The notes beneath the pieces are model-generated. The model was given only the letters and a program-made list of their open reading frames with translations. It did no database searches and had not been told where the DNA came from. This document shows, in pieces, positions 50,601 through 62,017 of a DNA stretch of 64,000 bases. Every line of letters begins with the position of its first letter. Position 1 is the stretch's first letter. The translations under genes were made by a program, and so were the position numbers. The stretch comes from Magallana gigas (taxonomy: Eukaryota), in the NCBI RefSeq assembly GCF_963853765.1, contig NC_088858.1:6882001-6946000 (forward strand), written 5' to 3'.

Positions 50601-52320
50601 TCACTTGTACTTTGATGCAAAATCAAAAAATTCTAGCCGCCCCAAAAAAACCTGGGGAGAACACGTACAATTACAAATCCATTTCATGCCATCTGATCAC
50701 AAATGCGGTCTGGGAGAGCTTTCAATAGGTTTCCCATTTTTCAGCAATGTAAAATTGATTAGATGACAAATAAGATGAATTTGACAAGGAACTGTAGTTT
50801 TGGTCTACTCCAATGCTGAAGTTTAACATAATTGAAGCTGTGTTCAATATTAAATTGTTCTTTTCTTCAGAGTCCAAATCGTCCGAAAAAAGTAAAACGG
50901 ATAAAATCGTTTATCCACTAAACAAAATTTTTCTCATCACTAAAATGTTTTTGATGCATGGGCCAAGCACATTATGACAGAAAGACATAAAAACAAAACA
51001 GATATTACAGAATATCAAACATTAAACCGCAGGAACGCAAAATTCGATATCACGACCATCAGGGTATTAGAAGGGAAATATTTCGAAATCATAATCGTAA
51101 AATGTAGTGGGCACATGCTGACATGCAACTCTGAGATAACCCTTGGGGAAGACTCTCTTAGGAAGAACAAACAAACCTATCTCTTACATCATCTTAATGA
51201 GAGTGCACCAGTGTAACTTCTTGATGGGATTAAGAGTTAATTTCATTGCATCTGTGATGATTAAGTTTAATACAGAAAAGTTAATTATTTTTCATCTGAT
51301 AAATACTTCAACTTTTAGTAGCTAGGTTTAAATTTTGGCTTAAAGATGCCATATCTCAGCCTCTTCATTTTATTTCATCCAATCCTTTTTCAATTTGTAT
51401 TTAATCTTTGTATCTGGTTTTAATTATCAATCTACCATCAAAATTAATTTTTTTTTCTTTTAATCTATAAAAAAACATTGAACAGAGGTGAAAATTCATG
51501 ATAATTAGAGAAAGAAACTTATTAATAAATAATTAAAATACTTTCCGTGTGGGTTTTAACCATTCTGATATGAAAATATTACTGCGGACTCACCTGTTTC
51601 ACAAAACTCTCCCTCATAGTCAGTTCTGCTGCAGTCACATTTGGTTTCTGTATCCATGGTAATGCAAACCCCTCCATTTTTACACAAGTCCTTTGTACAA
51701 AGACTAGTTTCGCCTACAATTCCAAAATGATCCAGCATCTCGGGTCTTATCAGCATTGCTCCACAGTTACTATACAGGACATTTCGGATATCGCCGTTAA
51801 AGAATGGCTGATATATGACGTGCTGTAAGGTCAGCTCAGATTGTCTATCTCGGTACTCAGAAGGAAGACCACCAATAAATACGGGGCTGTTCCTGCCCCG
51901 TCCAAACTCCAGGTTCTGTCCGTATAACTCCTGGGACACGGATAGCTGATCTACACTGAGGGTAACAGTTCTCCCCTGCCTACTGATGCTCACTTTATGC
52001 CACTGGCTATCATTCAGATTGTTACCTACATTTAACCTGACATGACTGCCTCCTAAGTTGACCTTCAGTTGCAGTGCCCCCACCAGGAGAGTTAATTCAA
52101 AATAGTCCCTATATACCCTGTCGTCCGTGTACATAAGGAGGGCGCTGGGAATGGAAGTTTGAAATTCAAAGGAAAGCGACCCATTTTGACACGGTTGCCA
52201 TGCCTGGAACTTTGCATAGGAGGATAGTGAGCCTTCCAGGCTAAAGCTTGAAGTCCATGGCATCAAAACCAACAACAGGAAACCACTTAGAACACAGTTG
52301 GTGGCAGTTTGTGGCATCAT
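17421..52320 (-). CDS. NRXN: Alpha-neurexin (LNS1-EGF1-LNS2-LNS3-EGF2-LNS4-LNS5-EGF3-LNS6-stalk-TM-PDZ tail), about 1467 aa core isoform
   Basis: Core exons 52320-51594, 44889-44740, 42210-42050, 39733-39572, 34452-33663, 31125-30908, 28552-28441, 27169-26411, 26276-26157, 25844-25657, 25392-25218, 22206-22114, 21836-21737, 21513-21480, 18262-18081, 17853-17421; phase-consistent (4404 nt). Signal peptide, six LamG domains (LND..WH motifs), three EGF units, TM LALIIGIVGGVLVALIILIIAL, 4.1-binding YKFRSRDEGTYKVDE, C-terminal KKKDVKEWYV. Confidence 0.95.
18870..20755. repeat. Minisatellite, ~52-bp unit, about 35 copies (about 27 well conserved)
   Basis: Unit TTAGTTATGATGTATTAGTAGGAATACTTCATTGCTCAGATCTTCCATCTA(T); degenerates toward the donor at 20755. 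Confidence 0.9.
20756..21280 (-). CDS. NRXN: Candidate large neurexin stalk cassette exon (175 aa)
   Basis: 525-nt stop-free frame, phase 0-0, acceptor TTTATCACTCTCTTAAG, donor ACA|GTAAGT. Phase-2 acceptors also exist at 21272 and 21197, so the 5' boundary is uncertain. Confidence 0.6.
22424..22462 (-). CDS. NRXN: Candidate neurexin cassette exon (SFLSKLFSVNEFP) at the SS4-equivalent position in LNS6
   Basis: 39 nt, phase 1-1, acceptor TTTACTTCTGCCTTTTTAATGCATCAG, donor CAG|GTAATG; lies in the intron after ...RKDPT. Confidence 0.55.
24509..24999. mobile_element. Kolobok-like MITE (491 bp)
   Basis: TTAA on both flanks; 27-bp TIR AGGGGCATGGTCACCATTTTGGTCAAA with 4 mismatches. Confidence 0.75.
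26411..27169 (-). CDS. NRXN: Neurexin exon encoding end of LNS4 and LNS5
   Basis: Acceptor TTTTCCAG, 759 nt, phase 1-1, motifs LNDNQWH and GFQGCMASVDFNG. Confidence 0.92.
28030..28107 (-). CDS. NRXN: Candidate alternative neurexin exon in LNS4 with two in-frame acceptors (78 nt or 24 nt)
   Basis: Acceptors TCTTCTCTATTTTTCAG (exon start 28107) and TTGTTGCTAG (start 28053), shared donor G|GTAAAT; both phase 1-1 with no stops. Confidence 0.4.
28638..29566 (+). mobile_element. Non-autonomous Helentron/pearl-type element carrying about 5 monomers of a ~167-bp satellite
   Basis: subTIR ATACCCCCGCTC, monomer spacing 154/166/167/167 bp, (GACA/GACG)n tract, 3' hairpin CCCCCTCTCCTTCGGAGCAGGGG. Monomer length matches the oyster Cg170/HindIII satellite (not verified by alignment). 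Confidence 0.75.
29650..30907. repeat. Minisatellite, 36-bp unit
   Basis: Unit GACCCCTAGCTCCTCACTGACGCTTTGATTCCCATT; homogeneous at about 29700-30490 and degenerate up to the donor at 30907. Confidence 0.9.
33195..33700. repeat. Minisatellite, 78-bp unit spanning a neurexin exon-intron boundary
   Basis: Unit repeats every 78 bp (33272, 33350, 33428, 33506, 33584, 33662), and each unit contains G|GTGAGT on - strand. Confidence 0.9.
33663..34452 (-). CDS. NRXN: Neurexin exon encoding end of LNS2, LNS3 and EGF2
   Basis: Acceptor TTTTATAG|GTG, 790 nt, EGF motif [23 protein letters not shown], donor G|GTGAGT. Confidence 0.92.
35747..36860. mobile_element. Non-autonomous Tc1/mariner-type element (1114 bp)
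   Basis: Perfect 26-bp TIR CCGTAATCCGGTGAATATAATACGCA, TA duplication, subterminal GGGATGTATAATACGCA repeats. Confidence 0.85.
38468..39200 (+). mobile_element. Helentron/pearl-type element of a second family, with ~179-bp core repeats
   Basis: 5' hairpin GCTGTCA..TGACAGC, subTIR ACGGGGTTTTC, three monomers (38584, 38763, 38943), (CCCG)n tract, 3' hairpin ending GAAAACCCGGTT. Confidence 0.65.
41557..41583 (-). CDS. NRXN: Candidate neurexin microexon (LTVGNAKYI) at the SS2-equivalent position in LNS2
   Basis: 27 nt, phase 0-0, AAAAG acceptor with upstream T-rich tract and CTAAT branch-like motif, GTAAGT donor, downstream TGCATG at 41509-41514. Confidence 0.55.
42250..43214 (+). mobile_element. 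Second copy of the ~167-bp-satellite-carrying Helentron/pearl-type element
   Basis: Same subTIR, monomers, GACG/GACA microsatellite and terminal hairpin as 28638-29566; starts AACAAGA. Confidence 0.78.
47633..47678. repeat. (AG)23 microsatellite
   Basis: Uninterrupted AG run. Confidence 0.95.
48644..49165. mobile_element. Tc1/mariner-type MITE (522 bp) with long TIRs and internal 10-bp GGGTTTACTY repeats
   Basis: TA|CAGTACCGATCAGACCCAACCTAAC ... GTTAGGTTGGGTCTGATCGGTACTG|TA. Confidence 0.85.
49652..49960. mobile_element. Kolobok-like MITE (309 bp)
   Basis: TTAA flanks; imperfect TIR GGTGGTAT(AT)GGGACA. Confidence 0.7.
51594..52320 (-). CDS. NRXN: Neurexin first coding exon (signal peptide, LNS1, EGF1)
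   Basis: ORF MMPQTATNCV...CDCSRTDYEGEFCET, ending at donor G|GTGAGT. Confidence 0.92.
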
Positions 52321-52459
52321 TGTAAAAAGTTATTAGTGCAACCTTATTGATTGAGAGTCACTTTTTGGTCTAAATGATTTTAAAACACTTTAATATGACG
52401 GGAAAAATGCTTATCTCTATTTTCTTTAAATAGATTTGATGCTGAGTAACATTTCTTAC

Positions 52460-52738
52460 TGTTTTAGAATAAGGACCATCATCTACAAAACACCTTTACA
52501 TTGCCTGGATCTTCCAGTTCTATCCATTTCAACCAGGGCTCGCTTATCTTGGAGAATCCTCTATGATCACAGAACACTGAAACTCCTGAGGTTGTTGTAT
52601 CCGGCTGGTTCCTTTAGGCTTCAACTCTCGACATGGAACATAGAGTCCGATTTCCTGTCAGTGCAGCAGCTTCATCCAGCATTTTGTCTCTTTGCAGTGC
52701 ATCAATTATTGACAGTTTCATACTACAAAGTAATGTAC
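52460..52738 (-). other. Probable non-coding 5' UTR exon of neurexin containing uORFs
   Basis: Acceptor TTTTATGTTTGCAG and donor A|GTAAGA bound a more GC-rich island upstream of the ATG exon; no long ORF. Confidence 0.45.
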
Positions 52739-53234
52739 CTGCAAACATAAAACAGAACTACAGTCGACTGCTTCTTTAATCACTGTCAGTGTCATATGCA
52801 CACACTATCTGTTACTCAATATCTCTAAAGAGTCATCGTTAGTGAATTTATATAATTAACAGGGTAGGAACACAGTAATTAAATGTTCAGTACTTAGGTA
52901 ACAGACCATACAGATCTTTAAAAATATTATAACAAGCATCTCATAATATGAAATTGCTAAAATTTATTATACCACATTTAATGGAATGTCCAAACTTTAT
53001 ACAGATACCGGAAATAATTTTTTCAGTGATACAAAATTTTATTAGTTGACATTGAAATCAAATATTAAATGGCATGACAAGATTTAAGGAATGGGCAAAG
53101 CTTAAGCAAATGATTAAAATTCCAAATCACAGTGAGTGTATGCAGGTTAAAACAAAACTGAAATGGAAAAGATATTTATATTTCTTTATTTGTAGCAAAA
53201 TAAAACACAACATTGGTCATTAAGATATATGAAG

Positions 53235-56200
53235 AACTAGACTCTTGTTGCTATAGCAACAAAAAGGTCTTCCGTTCCTCATGTATTAATCTGCACAAAA
53301 AACCAGTTATCTTGTAAACAGAAAATGGATATATAATATAAAAGTTTTGTGTCTTGATCTTTCACAGTTTCTGAGATCTTATTTATACTTTGTTTTATAA
53401 AAAAGAAGGCTATCTGAGATATATGAGATGTCTTACCGGAAGTAGAACTTTTTTGACCATGTGTAGATGACTTTTTGTATTTCTATAGCTAAAATGTTAC
53501 TTTAATGCTAAATAACCAAAATATTTTTAAAAATATCAAAATTGGGTGTACTTCCTGTGACGACCGGAAGTTACGCCGGATAAAACAAAATAGTGTTAAC
53601 ACATGTACATACATAGGTTTATCATCCCACAAAGTTTGGTTTTTCAAGTCGTTACCGTTTTTGAGATCTCGTCGATATAAGATTTTTGGTCTCGGGACAG
53701 GAAACAGGCAAACGGAAGTGTTCAATGTACATTTTATAAAAATTTTCTTGTATACTTGCCTTTTGTACATTATTTTTCATTAATCTAACTAAAAATATCA
53801 AAGGAAAACAGTTAAACTGATAAACAGCTCGATTTGTTTGAACTCTTCCGGTGTGGACCGGAAGTGATGGAAGACAAAATGAAACCGGTTAAACACATCT
53901 TTAATCAAATGTATATCATCCATGAAAGTTTCGTGTCTTGATCACTTATAGTTTCTGAGATCTCGCGGGTACAAAATATGTTTTAAAAAAGCTACCTGAG
54001 ATGATTGAGATGTCTCACCGGAAGTAGAATTTTTTTGTTGATTTAACATCGCATAGATGACATATGTAAGGATCTATACTAATATCTTTATTTTACGGAA
54101 AATAAATTCAATACTTAAAAACAAAAAAAATTGAAGTGCTTCCGGTGACGACCGGAAGTTACGCCGAACAAAACAAAAATGTTTAAACACATCTACAACT
54201 ATAGGTCTATCATCCCTCAAAGTTTGGATGTTCAAGTCTTTATCGTTTCTGACATCTCGATGTGACAAGTTTTTTGTCGCGGTACAGGAAACGGACGAAC
54301 GGAAGTGAATTTAGAAAATCTTTTTCAAAAAACCTCTAGATGTTTATATTTTCAGTCATTCCTGAAAATTTTATAAGAATTCATCAAGACATCTCTGAGA
54401 AATTCATAAGACAAAAAGGGGAAAAAAATAATAATAATAATAATAACTAGACACTTGTTGCAAAAGCAACAAAAAGGTCTTCCGTTTTGATATACATGTA
54501 TCAATTTAACTGTAAGACATTGCATCTCTTACATGCAAAAAAAAGTTGATATGATAATTATTGTGAATGATATATCCAGACGTTACTTACATGTAAAACA
54601 ACGAGAATGAAAAAGAAATCAATTTTTGAAGTACTTTCTGTGACGACCGGAAGTAACGCCGATCTAAACAAAAATGTTAACCATTTGTACAATCATAAGT
54701 CAATCTTTCCTCAAAGTTTGGTTGTTCACGGCTCTGCCAAATCTAAGATCTCTTTGAAACAATTTTTTTTGTCTCGGGACCGAAACGGACGAACGAAAGT
54801 GATTAATAAAAACAAAAGCTGGTATTTCTCGTGCATTTGCTTAATGTACATCACTGTTTATCAGGCTAGATGAAATTCCAAGAAAGTCAGCTAAACTTGT
54901 TAAAAACAGGATTTGTTTGAACCCTTCCGGTAAGAACCGGAAGTGACAGTTGACAAAATTAAACCCATTAAACACATCCCCAATCAAAATTCTATCAAAC
55001 AATCTATGAAAGATTCGTGTCTCAATCACTTACAATGACGAAAATATTGCGGACATCAAATTTGTAAAAAGAAAAGCTACATAGAGATATTTGAGATATC
55101 TCGCCGGAAGTAAAATTTATTTGCCAATTTAAAATTATATAGATGACATATGTAAGATTGTATACTGATATTTTCATTTTATGTAAAATGAATAAAACAA
55201 ATTTTTGAAGTGCTTCCGGTGACGACCGGAAGCTACGCCGAACAAAACAAAACAGTGTAAACACATGTACATACATAGGTCTATCATCCCACAAAGTTTG
55301 ATCGTTCAAGTCGTTACCGTTTTTGAGATCTCCAGGAATCAAGGTTTTTTGTCTCGGGACAGGAAAGGGACAAACGGAAGTGCTCAATGTAAATTGTAAT
55401 AAAAAAAAATTTTTGTACTTGCCCTTTCTACTTAATTGTTCATCGACTTCACTACAAATATCAAAGGAAAACAGTTAAACTGATAAACAGCTCGATTTGT
55501 TTGAACTCTTCCTGTGTGGACCGGAAGTGACGGAAGACAAAACGAAACCGGTTAAACACATCTTCAATCAAATGTCTATCATCCATAAAAGTTTTGTGCT
55601 TTGATCGCTTATAGTTTCTGAGATCTCGTTTGTACAAAATGTGTTTCAAAAAAGCTACCTGAGATAATTGAGATATCTCACCGGAAGTAGAATTTTTTTG
55701 TTGAGTTAACATCGCATAGACAATCTATGCATAGATTTATACTTATATATTTATTTTATGGAAAAAGAATTTTATGCGAAAAAGTAGTTATTTTTGAAGT
55801 GCTTCCGGTGACAACCGGAAGTTACGACGAACAAAACAAAATAGTGTGAACACATCTACAGCTATGGGTCTATCATCCCACAAAGTTTGATCGTTCAAGT
55901 CGTTACCGTTTTTGAGATCTCGTTGATACAAGCTTTTTCAACGCGGGACAGGAAACGGACAAACGGAAGTGCTCAATCTAAATTGTATTTAATATATCTT
56001 GTAAACTTGCCCTTTGTACTTCATTTCTCATCCAGCACACTACAAATATCAATGGAAATAAGTTAAACTGATAAACAGCTCGATTTGTTTGAACTCTTCC
56101 TGTGTGGACCGGAAGTGACGGAAGACAAAATGAAACCGGTTAAACATATCTTCAATCAAATGTCTATCATTCATGAAAGTTTCATGATTTGATCATTTAT

Positions 56201-58337
56201 AGTTTCTGGGATCTCGCGGGTACAAAATGTGTTTTAAAAAAGCTACCTGAGATAATTGAGATATCTCACCGGAAGTAGAATTTTTTTGTTGATATAACAT
56301 CGCATAGATAACTTATGTATAGAATTATAGTTTTAAGTTTATTCTATGGAAAAGAAATTCAATGCGTAAAAACAATAATTTTTGAAGTGCTTCCGGTGAC
56401 GACCGGAAGTTACGACGAACAAAACAAAATAGTTTAAACACATCTACAACTATAGGTCTATCATCCCACAAAGTTTGGGTGTTCAAAACTTTACTGTTTT
56501 TGAGATCTCGAGGTGACAAGCTTTTTCAATGCGGGACAGGAAACGGACGATCGGAAATAAATTTTGAAAAAATTAAAAAAACGCCTAGAGATATTATCAT
56601 TCTCTCTCATACCAGAAAATTTCAAAAAAATCTATCCTGCCATCTCCGAGAAATCTTGTGGACAAAAAAAAGGAAAAAAAAAAATAATAATAAACTAGAC
56701 TCTTGTTGCTATAGCAACAAAAAGGTCTTCCGTTCCTCATGTATAAATCTGTGCAAAAGATATATTTCTCTTGTAAACAGAAAATGGATATAATTTATAC
56801 TGTAAAGGAATTCCCAAGAAATAAACAAAACAAAAAGACAAAACGTCATTTTTTGAGTACTTTCTGTGACGACCGGAAGTTACGCCGGATCATACAAAAC
56901 ACAATAAACATTACCTTGTCTTTCCTCAAAGTTTGGATGTTCAAGTTTTTGTTAGTTATAATATCTCGCTTAGAAAAGATTTTTGTCTCGGAACCGGAAA
57001 CGATCGAACGGAAGTGATTAAGAAATTGAAAATACGTAGTTTAGTACATTTACCTATGATACGTTATTGTTCATTACATTGAGTAAAATGTTTAAAAAAT
57101 GCTTAAGAAAAAAAACCTTTTATTGCTTGAACACTTCGATTAAAACCGGAAGTGGCGAACGACCAAATGGAACCCGTTAAACACATGTTCATTCAAATGT
57201 CCATTATCCATACAAGTTTTGTGTCTGTATCTCTCACAGTTTCTGAGATCTTGAGGGTAGTTTGTTTTTTTTAAAAGAAGGCTACCTGAGATATTTGAGA
57301 TGTCTCACCGGAAGTAGAACTTATTTTTGGTTTTTTTACCATGTGTAGATGACCTCTTGTATTCTTATAACCAAAATGTTACTTCCATGCTAAATAACCA
57401 ACATATTTTTAAAAAATCAAAATTTTGTGTTCTTCCTGTGACGACCGGAAGTTACGCCGGATGAAACAAAATAGTGTTAACACATGTCCATACACAGGTC
57501 TATAATTCTACAAAGTTTGGTTGTTGAAGTCGTTACCGTTTTTGAGATCTCGTCGATATAAGGTTTTTTGTCTCGGGACAGGAAACGGACAAACGGAAGT
57601 GCTTAATGAAACTTAATTTTTTTATATCTTGTTTACTTTCCTATTTTACATTATTAGTCTTCGAAACAGCTTAAACTATAAAAAAAAAAACCAGTTTAAC
57701 GGATTAACAATTTGATTTGTTTGAACTCTTCCGCTTTGGACCGGAAGTGACGGAGGACAAAATGAAACTGTTTAAACACATCTTCAATCAACTGTCTATG
57801 AGTGGTGAAAGTTTTGTGTCTTGATCACGTACAGTACCTGAGAACTTGCGGGTACAAAATATGTTTTAAAAAAGCTACCTGAGATAATCGAGATATCTCA
57901 ACGGAAGTAGAATGTTTTTGTTTATTTAACATTGCATAGATGACATATATAAGGATCTATACTAATATCTTTATTCTATTGAAAATAAATTAAATACGTA
58001 AAAACAAAAAAAATTGAAGAGCTTCCGGTGACGACCGGAAGTTACGACGAACAAAACAAAAATGTTTAAACACATCTACGACTATAGGTCTATTATCCCT
58101 CAAAGTTTGGATGTTCAAGTCTTTCTCATTTCTGAGATCTCGATGTGACAAGCTTTTTAACGCGGGACAGGAAACGGACGACAGGAAATAAATTTTCAAA
58201 AAATGAAAAAAACGCCTAGAGATATGATCATTTTCTATCAGTCCTGAAAACTTGAAGTAAATCTATCAAGCCATCTCTGAGAAATCTTGTGGACAAAAAC
58301 TGGGAAAAAAATAATAATAAAAAACCTTACAATCTCT

Positions 58338-58370
<33 letters not shown>

Positions 58371-58386
58371 AAACCTTACAATCACT

Positions 58387-58424
<38 letters not shown>

Positions 58425-58442
58425 AGAAACATTACAATCACT

Positions 58443-58475
<33 letters not shown>
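53235..58475 (+). mobile_element. Head-to-tail concatemer of Helentron-type elements with alternating ~295-bp A/B repeats (higher-order period ~590 bp)
   Basis: Heads AACTAGAC..TTGTTGC....GCAACAAAAAGGTCTTCCGTT at 53235, 54445 and 56693; terminal hairpin AAGGTCTTCCGTTGGAAACGGAAGACCTT triplicated at 58340-58473. Confidence 0.7.
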
Positions 58476-58477
<2 letters not shown>

Positions 58478-58860
58478 CTTTGTAAAAGGCAAGTGTACAT
58501 CCTTAATTTAGGGTTCTCTCTCCTTTGACCCCCCCCCCCCCCCCCCACCACCACCATTTTTAGTTGTACGAATTGCATTCATTATTCCAGCAATAACAAT
58601 TCAAATTACATTGAACCAGAATGTAAAACAATACTTTTATTGATGCCTTAAACTCTAATAGTTAGTGAACAGGTTCTATGGAAAATAGGCCAACTTGGGA
58701 GTAAAAATATCCTCCAAAAAATATAGTAGGCTCGTGTGTTCCAATGATTAACAAATTGTGAACCATGATGGGCATTTATTACTTTTTGTAGGATTGGGGA
58801 TCCAGTCTACATCAGCCATTGTTCCCAACCTCCAGAGGGAAAACTGGGGCTTTAGCTTAC

Positions 58861-59058
58861 CCTCTGCAGCGCTCAGTCTAAAAATGTCAGATTGTCTATT
58901 GATCCTGAGATTGGACTTCTCTCAATTCTTCCTTGGTGCAAGATGTCAGATTCATCAAGAGGTTTGGGTTATTAGATTTCCCTTAGAAATTAAGGATAAA
59001 TCATTTTCACCAATGATCCTGAATGGTGTAAACAAGGCGCATCATACCATTTTGTGAT
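58861..59058 (-). other. Probable non-coding 5' UTR exon of neurexin
   Basis: Acceptor TTTCTTGATTTCTTTGCAG and donor AGG|GTAAGC; only short ORFs. Confidence 0.4.
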
Positions 59059-60198
59059 CTGCAAAGAAATCAAGAAATCTCTGTCAAAAGCACTAGTGGA
59101 GAAGGCAGTAAAACTCGGACTGGTCCGAAGCTAAAGAACTCAACTAATTCCTCTTTTAAAATATATTTGCAAATTCTAAATTTGATTAGAGAAGTCAATG
59201 AAAAGTTTTTATTCACACAGCAATATTTCTTGATGTTGCAAGTGTGAGAAGAAATGGGGAAGTTGGAATGCTAGCCCTGATGACGGCTGATGGAGTCGGA
59301 TCCATATTTTCCGCACCAGCCAATATACTGGAATGCTTAGACATATCCATAAGTGACAGTCTTATCACATCTCAAAATTTCAGCATATCAAATATCTGTG
59401 TCACTATTGATTAGCTAGATATGTACAGTGTAACCTTCAATTTTCCATGCAATAATCTAGCCGTCTTACACACTTGAATTACGTTCTTGTAATCCTCACA
59501 ATTCACTGGGTATAGCGTATAAAAATTTAGCTCTTCAAAGAAAGTGAATCACACCGCAGATCATTACTTCTGGATCAATTAAGAAAGACAATTGATCCTA
59601 GAATAAGTTTTATCACAAAAAAATCAGCAACCAAAAAATTGTGCTTTTATGAAGAACTAATTCATTGTGGCTTATATAGTTGATAATTAAAGCCAACTAA
59701 ATTTACATGCAGTGGAGAATGGGATTCCATATCAATTACAAGAGAAGTTTTATGAGATATAAACACACTAGCTGTTGTTATCTTTTTTATACAATAGTTA
59801 TAATGTAAATCACATAGCCATTATTTTTCACTGCATTAAATATATGTACCATTAGGGAATCAAACCAGGAACATGCTTTTATTTCCATTAATGGGAAACC
59901 ATGTTATTTGGTTCAAGAATATTCTGAAATTAATGTACTAGCTATAGCTAGCAACATAATCTGCTATTTAACAGAACATTAACAATGCAAATTCTGTGTA
60001 TTTGAACACTCATGCGTATGTATTATTTTCAATAACTAGCGATTATCAATGTTTATCATTTTGTCAATTTTTAATGTGGGTGTTAATAAAAAAAATAAGG
60101 TACGGAGATCACACAATACATGTGAAAAAATGATTTATAATCTAGAGTATTAATTAATTTAAAACAGATAAGATTTCGAAGACTTACAAAACCTAGTA

Positions 60199-60405
60199 CT
60201 GTGGTTTCATTAATATTCAAGGGCATCAATTTTCGTGAATAAAGTGAAAATCACAGTTTCAAGGATATGTAAATTCGTGGCTGATGATCCTATCAATACA
60301 AAATGTTAATAAAGATTGCACTTCAATGGACATTTAATTTCGTGGATCAACTAAACAACGAAATCCACAAAAATTGGTATTCAACGAATATTGATGAAAC
60401 CACAG
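60199..60405. mobile_element. Tc1/mariner-type MITE (207 bp)
   Basis: TIR CTGTGGTTTCATYAATATTC with TA duplication. Confidence 0.8.
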
Positions 60406-61960
60406 TATGTAGTATTCCCGAGAACTAACTTAAAAAATTTTCATTACATTATAAATGAAACTTAGGTAAAGATAATATACCTTTTAAGAGATCAAATAAT
60501 GCAAATTATAGAATCTCAATACAAAACATTAAAGCAGCGCAAAACTGAAACCACAGAGAAGAAGAAATGTGATGAGCCTTACCGATCAGTGAGAATTCTA
60601 ATCCTTACTCAATCAATGATACTCCAGTATAGAATCAAATACTATTTACTACCATGTAAAACAAATGTTGACAGACCCAGTCTGTGATTGGATGAATCGG
60701 AGGATGCTAGGAGTATAGGACCTCTTCTATTGACCCCTGCCGACTATACACACCAGTCAGAGTCTCGTAGCCACGATATTATAACTGAGTGACTCCTCAC
60801 CATCGTAAGCCCGTGTAGAAAGCAGACAGGTTTTTGCCAATACCATTCCCTGGTATATACAGGGAATAAATCAGTATTGGAAACTCACTTAATCTTGCAT
60901 AAACAGTCTGCAATATCAATCAGGAAATCGGGAGATGATGTATGAACCCCTTCTCCAGCTCTCTCTCACAATCTACTCTGTCTACAGCAGAGATGGTCGT
61001 AAAATACCTGCCTCTGACAATTAATTGTTAATTAAACAAACCTACAGCTCAAATCACCTGCTCCGTAAGTACATCTTCTTTCAACATCAAACAGGAATCA
61101 ATACTTATTTTTCCCTAAGTCTCCTGTATTTAACAGTCATCTTTCAGCCCCCGAGATTTCAATTGATATTTTTTCCCTGCGTTAAATCTGTACAGTTTTA
61201 GATTTAAATCATATCACGTTTCTGGCAGATGATGTCAACAGATATCATGTTATGTCACACACTTAATCAATGGTGAGGCTTAGACAATAACCAAATCCCA
61301 CGAGAATTCCGTCTGATATTCTCTACAAGTATATGGTACATAAAAATTGGGGTTTTCATCTTGTACGCACAAATCAAGAGGAATTTCCAGATTGGAAGAA
61401 CACAAAATACAAAACTTAATTCCAATCAAAGCTTTCTTATCATTTAATAAGCAGATTCATGTTGCATGCAGTTTTTGGTTAATGTCATGAACACAAAAGC
61501 TGACAGCCATTTCTATTTTTCTGGAATATCAGGGTTTTTTCTAAATATTCATGCATAATACATTATCAAAACATAATCCATGTTAATACTTAGGACCTAG
61601 GTTAAAATGTCACTTAAAGCCTGATTAAAAAAACATGAAAAGTGGTTGGATTGGTAGACCCTATTCAATATTTGATTGTGTCACACCTGTCGAAAGAGTT
61701 TAAACTTAGAGAATGACCTTTTCTGTAAAAATAAAACTAGGTTAGCTAGGAAAGTCTATGCTTATAAACAGTGTAAGACTATTTTAAAAAGTGAAAAATG
61801 TTTCAACAAGTATTATATTTGTATTAATTTGGTAACTATCTAACATGACTGTCCCTAATGTAATTCAGTTTTTCTATCAAGTACAAAAATTATAGTAGGA
61901 ATCATGCTCCTTATTATGAAATAAACAAAAATTTCATGTGGATGATATTAAAAGGCATCA

Positions 61961-62017
61961 TGACGTAAGGATGACGTCAATGTCTATGAATGTATATAAT
62001 GATTTGTTCAGCCAATC
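61961..62017. promoter_or_regulatory. Possible promoter module: two CRE-like sites and a CCAAT box
   Basis: TGACGTAA 61961-61968, TGACGTCA 61972-61979, AGCCAATC 62010-62017; upstream of the putative neurexin 5' UTR exons. Confidence 0.3.

Noticed and set aside
53489-58199. Several repeated 60-120-aa ORFs
   Set aside because: Translations of the A/B repeat monomers; no recognisable domain.
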